This document shows positions 38,724 through 51,300 of a stretch of 64,000 bases of DNA, one piece after another. Position 1 is the first letter of the stretch; the number at the start of each line of letters is the position of its first letter. The notes beneath the pieces were generated by a model that saw nothing but the letters and a program-made list of their open reading frames with translations, was not told the origin of the DNA and searched no databases. Made by a program: the position numbers and the translations under genes. Source of the DNA: Azolla caroliniana (lineage: Eukaryota; Plantae; Polypodiophyta); the NCBI GenBank assembly GCA_043228905.1, contig JBHGNT010000022.1:1426001-1490000 (forward strand), given 5' to 3'.

Positions 38724-39337
38724 TTGGTTTTGATAAATTTTTAATAATGAATTATCTTCCCGAAAATCCTAATTTGAAGTTATAAAATGGATTCGTTGTC
38801 GACTTATTCTTTTTGTCTTGCTATCTGGGTTTTACAAGGAAATGGATCACAGGTTCCTCTTATTGGCATATTGTCACATTGTTGATAAGCTAGGATGTCC
38901 AGGACGTTCGTTACAGAGAAATAGGATCACAGTTTCGTTTTGATAAATTTTAATAATGAATTATCTTCGAGAGATTTCTAATATGATGTTAGACAATGGA
39001 TTCGTTGTTGACTTTTGTTTTGTCTTGCTATGTGGGGTTTTACAAGAAAAGGATCAAGCGTTCCTCTTATTGGCATATTGTCACATTGTTGATCACCTTG
39101 ATATCCAGGATGTTATTTACAAAGAAATACGATCACTATTTCCTCATCTGCATGTTGCATGCGTGGTAGGACTCAAACCCACAATCCCTTCTTTAGATGT
39201 CAAGTGCCTTATCCATTACAATACAAATGCTTCGTTTGGATAACCACCGTTATTTACGAGGTACCTTCCAAGGAATTCAAAATTACATTATTGTTTAGTG
39301 TCAATGTGCATCATGGTGTTTCTTCTTCTTCGTATCG

Positions 39338-39410
39338 CACGCTTGGTGGGACTCGAACCCACAATCCCTTGATTAGAAGTCAAGTGCCTTATCCATTAGG
39401 CCACAAGCGC
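39338..39410 (-). tRNA. trnR-UCU: tRNA-Arg(UCU), perfect cloverleaf
   Basis: Identical to 34858-34930. Confidence 0.9.
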
Positions 39411-40996
39411 TTGGTTTTGATAAATTTTTAATAATGAATTATCCTCCCGAAAATCCTAATTTGAAGTTATAAAATGGATTCGTTGTCGACTTATTTTTTT
39501 TGTCTTGCTATCTGGGTTTTACAAGGAAATGGATCACGGGTTCCTCTTATTGGCATATTGTCACATTGTTGATAAGCTAGGATGTCCAGGACGTTCGTTA
39601 CAGAGAAATAGGATCACGGTTTCGTTTTGATAAATTTTAATAATGAATTATCTTCGAGAGATTTCTAATATGAAGTTAGACAATGGATTCGTTGTTGACT
39701 TTTGTTTTGTCTTGCTATGTGGGGTTTTACAAGAAAAGGATCAAGCGTTCCTCTTATTGGCATATTGTCACATTGTTGATCACCTTGATGTCCAGGATGT
39801 TATTTACAAAGAAATACGATCACTATTTCCTCATCTGCATGTTGCATGCATGGTAGGACTCAAACCCACAATCCCTTCTTTAGATGTCAAGTGCCTTATC
39901 CATTACAATACAAATGCTTCGTTTGGATAACCACCGTTATTTACGAGGTACCTTCCAAGGAATTCAAAATTACATTATTGTTTAGTGTCAATGTGCATCA
40001 TGGTGTTTCTTCTTCTTCGTATCGCACGCTTTGTGGGACTCGAACCCACAATCCCTTGATTAGAAGTCAAGTGCCTTATCCATTAGGGCACAAGTGCTTG
40101 GTTTTGATAAACTTGTAAGAGTGAATTACCTTCAAGAGAATTCTAATTTGAAGTTATACAATGGATTCGTTGCTGACTTATTGTTTAGTCTTACTCTGTG
40201 GGGTTTTAAAAGGAAATGGATCACAGTTTCCTCTTATTGACATATTGTCACATTGTTGATAAGCCATGATCTCCAGGATGTTAGTTACAAGGACATACGA
40301 TCATGGTTTCCCTATCTGCATGTTGCATGTGTGGTAGGCCTGAAACCGAAAATCCCTTCTTTACATTTCAAGTGTCGTATCCATTACAATACAAGTGCTT
40401 GGTTTGGATAACCATCCTTATTTACGAGGTACCTTGCAAGGAATACGAATTCGAAGTTAGATTATTGTTTAGTGTCAATGTGCATCATGGTGTTTCTTCT
40501 TGCTTGTATCGCACACTTTGTGGGACTCAAACCCACAAACCCTTGATTAGAAGTCAACTGCCTTATCCATTAGGCCACAAGCGCTTGGTCTTGATAAATT
40601 CTTCATAATGAATTATCCTCGCAGGAATCCTAATTCGAAATTATACAATGGATTCGGTTTTGACTTATTGTTTTGTCTTCCTATGTGGTATTGTACACGG
40701 AAATGGATCATGGGTTCCTCATATTGGCATATTATCACGTAGTTGATAAGCTTGATGTCCAAGATGTTAGTTACAAGGAAATACGATCATGTATTCCCTA
40801 TCAGCAGGTTGCAAGTGTGGTAAGATTCAAACCGAAAATCCCTTCTTCAGATGTCAAGTTGGTTATGCATTACAACTCAAGTGCTTCATTAGAATAACCA
40901 TCGTTATTTACGAGGTACCTTGCAAGGAATACGAATTCAAAATTACATTATTGTTTAGTGTCAATGTGCATCATGGTGTTTCTTCTTCTTCATTCA

Positions 40997-41069
40997 CACG
41001 CTTGGTGGGACTCGAACCCACAATCCCTTGATTAGAAGTCAAGTGCCTTATCCATTAGGCCACAAGCGC
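40997..41069 (-). tRNA. trnR-UCU: tRNA-Arg(UCU), perfect cloverleaf
   Basis: Identical to 34858-34930. Confidence 0.9.
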
Positions 41070-41662
41070 TTGGTTTTGATAAATTTTTAATAATGAATTA
41101 TCTTCTCGAAAATCCTAATTTGAAGTTATAAAATGGATTCGTTGTCGATTTATTCTTTTTGTCTTGCTATCTGGGTTTTACAAGGAAATGGATCACGGGT
41201 TCCTCTTATTGGCATATTGTCACATTGTTGATAAGCTAGGATGTCCAGGACGTTCGTTACAAGGAAATAGGATCACAGTTTCATTTTGATAAATTTTAAT
41301 AATGAATTATCTTCGAGAGAATTCTAATATGAAGTTAGACAATGGATTCGTTGTTGACTTTTGTTTTGTCTTGCTATGTGGGGTTTTACAAGAAAATGGA
41401 TCAAGCGTTCCTCTTATTGGCATATTGTCACATTGTTGATCACCTTGATGTTTAGGATGTTAGTTACATAGAAATACGATCACTATTTCCTCATCTGCAT
41501 GTTGCATGCGTGGTAGGACTCAAACCCACAATCCCTTCTTTAAATGTCAAGTGCCTTATCCATTACAATACAAATGCTTTGTTTGGATAACCACTGTTAT
41601 TTCAAAATTACATTATTGTTTAGTGTCAATGTGCATCATGGTGTTTCTTCTTCTTCGTATCA

Positions 41663-41735
41663 CACGCTTGGTGGGACTCGAACCCACAATCCCTTGATTA
41701 GAAGTCAAATGCCTTATCCATTAGGCCACAAGCGC
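41663..41735 (-). tRNA. trnR-UCU: tRNA-Arg(UCU), U27:G43 wobble variant
   Basis: One change: anticodon stem TTTGA/TCAAG, pairing kept by G:U. Confidence 0.8.
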
Positions 41736-44487
41736 TTGGTTATGATAAACTCGTAAGAATGAATTACCTTCGAGAAAATTCTAAATTGAAGTTATACAAT
41801 GGATTCGTTGTTGACTTATTGTTTTGTCTTACTCTGTGGGGTTTTAAAAGGAAATGGACGAATTCGAAATGACGTTATTGTTTAGTGTCAGTGTGCATCA
41901 TGGCGTTTCTTCTTCATCGTATCGCACGCTTGGTGGGACTCAAACCCACAATCCCTTGATTAGAAGTCAAGTGCCATATCCATTAGGCCACAAGCGCTTG
42001 GTCTTGATAAATTCTTAATAATGAATTATCTTCGGGAGAATCCTAATTTGAAGGTATACAATGGATTCATTGTTGACTTATTGTTTGGTCTTGCTATGTG
42101 GAGTTTTACAGGGAAATGGATCACGGGTTCCTCTTATTGTCATATTGTCACGTTGTTGATAAACCAGGATGTCCAGGATGTTCGTTACAAGTAAATAGGA
42201 TCACGGTTTCGTTTTGCTCAATTTTAATAATGAATTATCTTCGAGAGAATTCTAATATGAAGTTACACAATGGATTCGTTGGTGACTATTGTTCTATCTT
42301 GCTAAGTGGGGTTTTACAAGGAAATGGATCAACGGTTTCTCTTATTGGCATATTGTCACGGTTTTGATCAGCTTGATGTCCAGGATGTTAGTTTCAAGGA
42401 AATACGAGCACGGTTTCCTCATTTGCATGTTGCATGCGTGGTAGGACTCAAAGCCAAAATCCCTTCTTTAAATGTCAAGTGCCTTATCCATTACAATACA
42501 AATGCTTTGTTTGGATAGCTATCGTTATTTACGAGGTACCTTGCAAGGAAAACGAATTCAAAGTTACGTTATTATTTAGTGTCAGTGTGCATCGTGGTAT
42601 TTCTTCTTCTTTGTATCACACGCTTGGTGGGCCTCGAACCCACAATCCCTTCATTAGAAATGAAGTGCCTTATCCATTCTGCCACAAGGGCTTGATTGTG
42701 ATAAATTTTTAATAATGATTTTTCTTCGAGAGAATTCTAATTCGAAGTTAGACAATAGATTCATTGTTGACTGTTTGTGTTGTCTTGCTATGTGGGGTTT
42801 GACAAGGAAATGGATCACGGGTTCCTGTTCTTGGCATTTGTCAAGTTGTTGATAAGCTTGATGTCTAGGATGTTCGTTACCAGGAAATACAATCATGGTT
42901 TCCCTATCAGCATGTTGCATGTGTCGTTGGACTCAAAACGAAAATCCCTTCTTTAGATGTCAAGTGCCTTATCCATTACAATACAAGTTCTTGGTTTGGA
43001 TAACCATCCTCATTTACGAGGTACCTTGCAAGGAATACGAATTCGAAGTTACGTTAATGTTTAGTGTCAATGTGCATCATGGTGATTCTTCTTCGTATCG
43101 CACGCTTGGTGGGAATCGAACCCACAATCCCTTTATTAGAAGTCAAGTACCTTATCCATTAGGCCACAAGCGCTTCGTCTTGTTAAATTCTTAATAATGA
43201 ATTATCTTCGCGAGAATCCTAATTTGAAGATATACAATAGATTCGTTGTTGACTTATTGTTTTGTCTTGCTATCTGGGGTTTTACAAGGAAATGGATCAC
43301 GGGTTCCTCTTATTGGCATATTGTCACGTTGTTGATATGCTAGGATGTCCACGATGTTCATTACAAGGAAATAGGATCACAGTTTCGTTAAGATAAATTT
43401 TAATAATAATTTATGTTCGAGAGAATTCTAATATGAAGTTACACAATGGATTCATTGGTGACTTTTGTTTTGTCTTGCTAAGTGGGGTTTTACAAGGAAA
43501 TGGATCACGGATTCCTGTAATTGGCATATTGTCACGGTTTTGATCAGCTTGATGTCCAGGATGCTAGTTACCAGGACATACGATCACGGTTTCCTCATTT
43601 GCATGTTGGATGCGTGGTAGGACTCAAAGCCAAAATCCCTTCTTTAGATGTCAAGTGCCTTATCCATTACAATACAAGTTCTTGGTTTGGATAACTATTG
43701 TTATTTACCAGGTACCTTGCAAGGAAAACGAATTTGAAGTTACGTTATTGTTTAGTGTCAGTATGCATCGTGGTATTTCTTCTTCTTCGTATCGCACGCT
43801 TTGTGGGACTCGAACCTACAATCCCTTGATTAGAAGTCAAGTGCATTATCCATTAGGCCACAAGCGCTTCGTCTTGTTAAATTCTTAATAATGAATTATC
43901 TTTGCAAGAATCCTGATGTGAAGATATACAATAGATTCGTTGTTGACTTATTGTTTTGTCTTGCTATCTGGGGTTTTACAAGGAAATGGATCACGGGTTC
44001 CTCTTATTGGCATATTGTCACGTTGTTAATATGCTAGGATGTCCACGATGTTCGTTACAAGGAAATAGGGTCACAGTTTCGTTAAGATAAATTTTAATAA
44101 TAATTTATGTTCGAGAGAATTCTAATATGAATTTACACAATGGATTCATTGGTGACTTTTGTTTTGTCTTACAAAGTGGGGTTTTACAAGGAAATGGATC
44201 ATGGTTCCTGTTATTGGCATATTGTCACGGTTTTGATCAGCTTGATGTCCAGGATGCTAGTTACCAGGACATATGATCACGGTTTCCTCATTTGCATGTT
44301 GAATGCATGGTAGGACTCAAAGCCAGAATCCCTTCTTTAGAGGTCAAGTGCCTTATCCATTACAATACAAGTTCTTGGTTTGGATAACTATTGTTATTTA
44401 CCAAGTACCTTGCAAGGAAAACGAATTTGAAGTTACGTTATTGTTTAGTGTCAGTATGCATCGTGGTATTTCTTCTTCTTCGTATCG

Positions 44488-44560
44488 CACGCTTTGTGGG
44501 ACTCGAACCCACAATCCCTTGATTAGAAGTCAAGTACCTTATCCATTAGGCCACAAGCGC
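44488..44560 (-). pseudogene. tRNA-Arg(UCU) copy with acceptor-stem mismatch
   Basis: G7:A66 mismatch and a G:U in the D stem. Anticodon arm intact. Confidence 0.7.
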
Positions 44561-45827
44561 TTGGTCTTGTTAAATTCTTAACAATGAATTATCTTCGCAA
44601 GAATCCTGATTTGAAGATATACAATAGATTCGTTGTTGACTTATTGTTTTTTCTTGCTATCTGGGGTTTTACAAGGAAATGGATCACGGGTTCCTCTTAT
44701 TGGCATATTGTCACGTTGTTGATATGCTAGGATGTCCACGATGTTCGTTACAAGGAAATAGGATCACAGTTTCGTTAAGATAAATTTTAATAATAATTTA
44801 TGTTCGAGAGAATTCTAATATGAAGTTACACAATGGATTCATTGGTGACTTTTGTTTTGTCTTCCAAAGTGGGGATTTACAAGGAAATGGATCACAGGTT
44901 CCTGTTATTGGCATATTGTCACGGTTTTGATCAGCTTGATGTCCAGGATGCTAGTTACAAGGAAATACGATCACGGTTTCCTCATTTGCATGTTGGATGC
45001 GTGGTAGGAGTCAAAGCCAAAATCCCTTCTTTAGAGGTCAAGTGCCTTATCCATTACAATACAAGCGCTTGGTTTGGATAACTATTGTTATTTACCAGGT
45101 ACCTTGCAAGGAAAACTCTAAACCCGAGAGAATTCTAATTTGAAGTTAGACAATGGATTCGTTGTTCACTTATTGTTTTGTCTTGCTATGTGGGGTTTTA
45201 CAAGGACATGGATCACGGGTTCCTCTTATTGGCATATTGTCACGTTGTTGATATTCCATGATGCCAAGATGTTAGTTACAAGGAATTAGGATTACGGTTT
45301 CGGTTATGTGACAAGCTGAACATTGTGTGCGAAATACGGTGCGTAACCCAGTGCATAGACTGGGTGCGTAAAATAGTACGCATAACGTGGCCGTATTGGT
45401 GTGTAAACCGAAAGGCCGTTTGTATGGTATTTCTCGTAAGGAATAATTTTGGGAGTTAGTGTGGTAGGCTCACTTATGAGTGGTCAAGTACTGTTAGTAC
45501 TTGTGTCATCCCTATTGTCAGGGCTTGTATAAAAGGTGCTCACTGAGCACGGTGTATGTATTGAACAGAGCATTATTTTTTGAGTCTAAGTTTCTGTTAT
45601 CTGCTCACTGTGTCTCTCCATCTCCATCTCTGCGTTTTCTGTGTTTTACCGAACTGTCTTATTCTCCTGAATTGTGTACCCTGTGTCTTACGCACACACT
45701 TCCGCACAACGTATTCTTTTACATGGTATCAGAGCGCAAGGGTTGAAGTCCTCTGTAGCTAACAAGAAAAGTCTATGACGAAACAAAGTTCAAGTTGTTC
45801 GCCTTCGAAGAAGAAAAAGACACTACT

Positions 45828-47927
45828 ATGGACAGAGGAATGGGAGTTCACTTCCAACTGAAAAGCTTGACAGAAGCAACTACGCATCTTGGTCCTACAA
45901 GATGCACTAGTACCTGCTCGGCCATGGGTAGTGGACTTATGTCAAAGGAGCAAATGATGTGGCACCTGACTCGACACACAAGGACTATCCAGCTTGGAAA
46001 CAAGCGGCAAGCAGAGTGTTGTACTGCTTTGCGTCCTGTGTGAGCGATCAACTTTTGAGCTATATTCGGGATGCCAAGACGCCGAAGGACGTGTGGGCGA
46101 ATCTCAAAAGCATTTTCGCCACCAGCACAATGGCCAGAAAGCTGCAGCTCAGACAGGAGCTCAGCAATGTACGACAAAGAGATATGTCGGTGGCTGGTTA
46201 CACCACCAAGATCAAAGAAATTTGCGACTCTCTCGCCTCCATGAATGTGAATGTCGAGGAAGATAAAATGGTGCAGGTTTGTCTTGGTGGCTTGGCGTCA
46301 AAGTTTGGACCTTTCCAAACGGCAGTCTGCACGAGGGAGATTATGCCTTCGTTTTTCAAGCTGCAGTCAATGTTGCTCGTAGAAGAAAACCACGTGGATG
46401 CGTCGACGAGTGCGCACGCCGATGGGAAGATGCTCTACACGGAGGATGACAGACCCCGTGGTCATGGTGGACGAGGCGGATTGGCGTGCAATGGAGGCAG
46501 CCGAAAAGAGCAGAATGTACAGCATAATCGAGATGCCGGAAGCAATTCCGAACCCTCCACAAGCAGAGGGAGTCATGGCGGCGTCGGAAGACGGCAAGAG
46601 AAGACCTCGCCGGAATGTTGGTACTGTGGCAAGAAAGGCCACAGGGAGAGCGAGTGCTGGAAAAAGCGAGCCGATTCGGACAAAGCCGGATCAAGCCGAA
46701 GAGATGCAGAGAGGCGTTAGAGATCACACTACGCAGAAGGCTCTGAACGAGCTGGAAATGGAGCGGGCCCTGCCTTCATAATAAAGCATAAAGCCAATTC
46801 AATGGCCATGAACACCTCGAAATCGAGCGAGGTGTGGTATGTGGATTCCAGAGCGTCAAATCATATGACGAGCCATGAGGAATGGTTCTCGTACTTGGAG
46901 AAGCCGAATTCACGAGGAGTGGTCGAAACCGGCGACGACACTCCGCATACCATCGAACATATCGGCGAAGTTCCCCTCAGCCACATCGGGCAAAAAGGGA
47001 AGCTAATGAATGTGTTGCATGTCCCGACAATAACAAAGAACCTTGTGTCAGTCGAATAGATCGTCGACCAAGGTATGCAAGTTCGATTCACGCAGCTCGG
47101 TTGCTTCATCGAAGAGGAAGGCAAAGTGATCGCGCAAGGGTGCCGTGAAGAGAGGATGTTTATCCTTGAAACCAATAATGTGGGTACCGCTATGTTCGCG
47201 AAAGGACAGAAGGTGGAGTCGGATATCGACCTATGGCACAAGCGGTTCGGCCACATAAACTTCCCACGGCTTCGTGAAATGCAGATGAAGAATATCGTTT
47301 TCGGTTTGCCGAAATTGCGGGGCCATAATGCCCAAGTCTGCGAAGCCTACCAGATGGGAAAACATCACCGACTTCCATTCCCCAATGAGTGTAATCGTAG
47401 TCGAAGTTCACTGGACTTGATCCATTCGAATGTGTGGGGTTCGGCACAGAACGTGAGTCTCGGTGGAAGCCGTTACTTTGTAACCTTCATTGACGACTTC
47501 ACTCGGCACACGTGGTTATGCACGATCACGAAGAAGAGCGAAGTTTTTGCATGTTTCCTAAAGGTGAAGAGCCTTGCGTAAAGGGAAACGGGGCGTAAGA
47601 TCAAATGCCTATGGTCTGATGGCGGGAAGGAATACTTCTCCGACCAGTTCAATTGTTATCTACGGAAGGATGGAATTCGATGCGAATTCTCATGTAGATA
47701 TACGCTAGAGTAGAACGGCGTAGCCGAGCGGAAGAATCGAACGATTGAAGAAGCGGCTAGGGCAATGCTTGAAGAGAAGCATATGCCGAAATTCTATTGG
47801 GCCGAAGCCGTGAAGACGGTTGTCTACCTGTAGAATCAGACTTCTGCAAATGGAGTGTCGCCACATGAGTTGTATTTCGGGAAGAAGCCGAACTTGGCAC
47901 ACTTGAGGATCTTCGGCAGCATCGCGT
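45828..47927 (+). pseudogene. gag-pol: Copia F gag-PR-INT, degenerate (continues 53235-53375)
   Basis: MDRGMG, WKQAASRVLYCF, CWYCGKKGHRESEC, WYVDSRASNHM, FIDDFTRHTW. Homologous to Copia C. Confidence 0.9.
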
Positions 47928-48368
47928 TGTCGTAGTGTGAATCACACACTACGTGAAATATGTAAAATACTATATCCGATTTAAAGTACGTATAATAAAT
48001 AAAATAAAATATTAAAAATATTTATTACATGCATAGGGCAAGATTCAAACCTTGTACCTCCACATAGACAAACCCCAACCTTACCATTGTACTAACTTAT
48101 CCTAAGTATTCTAAATATAGATTTAATACGTATAAGACATTTATTTACGCCTACCTTTATTAAAAGGTAAGTCATGCGAATGCGTGAATACTTTATTTAT
48201 AAGAAAAATGTACACCAATAAATAAAAGGACTCATGCACATCTAGCGAGTATGAGCACTATATTCAGGAAATAAAAGCATAGTGTAAAAAGGCAACTCAT
48301 GCACATTTAGTGTGCATGAACACTTTAGAAAAAGCATGAAGCTATGCTTAGCCTCTTCCATCCTTATA

Positions 48369-51300
48369 CGCCCTATGTCAATTACATGAGGTGTATGTGG
48401 ACGGGAAGCGGCGATGCACGGAGGATGCGGCTGGACCATCGAAGACACCGGAGAGCTGGAACTCCGACGGAAGAGGGAAAGGAAAATCGATTCCGACATT
48501 CAAACTCGCTTCAAACATCGAGCAACGGACGAACATAAAGAAAGTGTTTGAGGAGAGAATCCTCGACAGCCGGGTAGATTTTTCACTTTGGGAACTACTC
48601 GGAATAGCAAAAAAGGAGTTCCATGATCTTCTTGTGGATCTCGTAAAAAGAAAAAGACAAACTACGGAGGAAAATGCGCCGCTAGTGAATGCAAATACCG
48701 TTCTGATGAACGACACCGAAGTGGAGGACGAGATTCCGAATTCCCACTATACAATGCCACATTGGTCGCATGCAACTACGGAGACTCCGGTCCGAATCAG
48801 CAACATCAAAGAGCCCGTGCTAGCATTAATTGATCACGGATCGGAGATCAATTTGATGTCTAAGGAGTTCTACCGGAAGGGGAAGTGGCCTATTATCATA
48901 GATGGAAGATCCGGGCGGCCACTAAAGCAACGGGAGATCTATTTGCGGCTTGTCCGGATGTGACGGTGAAGATCGACGATGTCGAGATCGACCAAAATTT
49001 CTTTGTACAAGATGAGGTCTCACACTCCGTGATCCTAGGGCAACCCTTTATCATGGCTTCACGGATGGAGACGAAGGTGCTTGATAGCGGTGCGGCTTTT
49101 GCACAAATTCGGAGCCAAAACGGAGGGAAATCCGTCCAATTCCTAACGGTGCCGGCAAATCATGAAAGGAACAAGAGAGAGCTCTTGTCCCAAACAAGAA
49201 TGGATTTTTAGAGTGGACTGTTGCGGAGTGGGGAAGTGATAGTCCGAGAAGCCCTGATACCCCACACAGGAAGAAACCTCTTGGAGCAAAACAAGTACGA
49301 ATCGGTCCAGATGGGGCATCCACGTACACGGCCGTAACCGGAGGAATGAAGAAAGGATACCGAAAAGTGGAGGATAAGTTACGGTCGGCATCAATAATAA
49401 AAGAAGACGAAGAAATCGGGGGAATAATCGAAGAAGTGTTCTATGGGAGCATGCTACAACGGCTTGAAGAGCTCGCGGAAGATACAAGCCAGGGAAACCG
49501 GGTAATTCCGATGGAATCGGTCGAGATGTACGAGATCATTGTGAAAATGGGGCCTGATGCGCTCCGCAAAGAAGAAGCAATGGTAAGTACGAAATACAAG
49601 ACCGTGGAGAAGAAGGTGAAACCGGCCGCGAGACCACTACCCGCTGATAGCGAACAAAAGAGGAAAGAAGTCTCGGGGGATCGGACACTTCGGAAGTCCA
49701 TGGATATCGGACATGCCTTCACGGATGAGACCCGGAAGAAACTTCGGATCGGTGGAGGTGGTTTCCTTTTACAAAATGAAGAAGAACAATTCCAAGGGAT
49801 GTTGGAACAACATGGGAAAGCATTTGCATTCACATCGAAGGAGATAGGGTGCGTTGATCCGAAGATAGTGGAGTCGATGGTGATCTGCACGATTGACCAT
49901 GTGTCGTGGAACCTGAAGCCGATTCCGGTGCCATGGGCGCATATTCCGAAAGTCATCGACTTGCTCAAGGAGAAGGTGGCGATGGGGATTCTAGAGCCAT
50001 CAAACGCTCTGTACTCAAATCGATGGTTTAGGGTTCCGAAGAAGAAACGGTCACTCTGATTTATTCAAGATTTGCAACCGGTGAACAAGGTCACGATCTG
50101 GAACTCCGGAGTCGGTCTGATAGTGGACGAATTTGCGGAAGCATTTGCCGTTCGCGCGATATACTCCATCGAAAACCTATACTCCGGATATGACCAATTC
50201 TAACTAGCCGTGGAGAGCCGAGACATCACTACCATGTGGACACCAATAGGATTAGTCCGTAGGTGCACACTACCACAAGGCACAACAAACTTTGTCGCAC
50301 ATATGATGAATGCAATGAACAACGTGCTCTAGGACTACATTCCGGAGATAACGATGCCATTCCTAGATGACATTCCGATAAAAGGATGCACGGTGGAAGA
50401 AAAAGATGAGACTACGGATGATCGGGGATGCCGACAGTTTGTAGTCGACCATATTCGCGATTGCGAGAAAGTGTTTCGAAAGTTAGAAGATGTGCACCTA
50501 ACACTTTCCATTAAGAAATTGGCATTCGGGCAAGAAGAAACATTGGTAGTACGACATCTATGTGGGCCCTACGGCCGAAGACCATCACCAACCAAGATCA
50601 ACATGATTCAAGCTATGAAAGAAGTATGGGAGTCACAATCCGAAGTCCGAAGGTTTCTTGGAGCATGTGCATTCTACCACATATGGATTCCGCACTATGC
50701 ACATATTGTGGACCCACTCTATCACTTGTTGCGGAAGGGTAAGAAGTTTGAATGGAAACCAGAGCATACCAAACCCGTAAAGAAGCTCAAGAAATCACTA
50801 CAGAGGGCAAAAGCACTAAAGAAGCCGAACTATGACTGACCGATCATAGTAACGGTTGACACAAGTCCAACCAGAATCGGATGGGTCATCAATCAAGCCG
50901 ATCCGGATGGTTCGTGATATCCGATCCGATTCGGAGCAAAGGTTCTCAACGAAAGACAATGTGGATATGCACAGGTCAAAAGAGAATTATGGGGAGTCGT
51001 GTCGGCAATCAAATCGGATCGAGATTATTTGATCGGAGCCGAAGTAGTGATCGAAATGGATTGTCTTCCGATACTCGGGATGATGCGGTCTCGACACATC
51101 TTCGGAAAAGACAACGCAGTAGCGGATATGCTATCAAGGGCGTGGTTCGGAGATGACATAACCGAATCCGATAATGAAGAAGTTTCCGAAGACTACTTTG
51201 CTTCAGAGCACATATGCCGGGTGAATATAATCCGAGAATTCCGGGAAGAAGAATACAAGGGAGAAAACTTGTTGATTGGGAAAGTGCTACAAGAAATCGA

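Larger units (their letters stand above)
34641..45301 (-). repeat. tRNA-Arg(UCU) satellite, block 2 (homogeneous ~690-bp and ~485-bp units, ~24 tRNA-like copies), interrupted by Copia E
   Basis: A copies start at 34858, 38651, 39338, 40025, 40512, 40997, 41663, 41925, 42619, 43101, 43795 and 44488. Intervals from 38651 are 687, 687, 487, 485, 666, 262, 694, 482, 694 and 693. Confidence 0.96.

Noticed and set aside
38397-45081. Family of repeated small ORFs (MRGRTQ...RSQVPYPLGHK, MNYLRE...)
   Set aside because: Antisense translations of the tRNA satellite. Frames and stops vary between units while the tRNA fold explains the conservation.
2290-45301. CRISPR-like appearance of the regularly spaced conserved motif
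   Set aside because: The repeats are 73-nt tRNAs, the spacers are homologous to one another, no cas genes are present and the context is eukaryotic.
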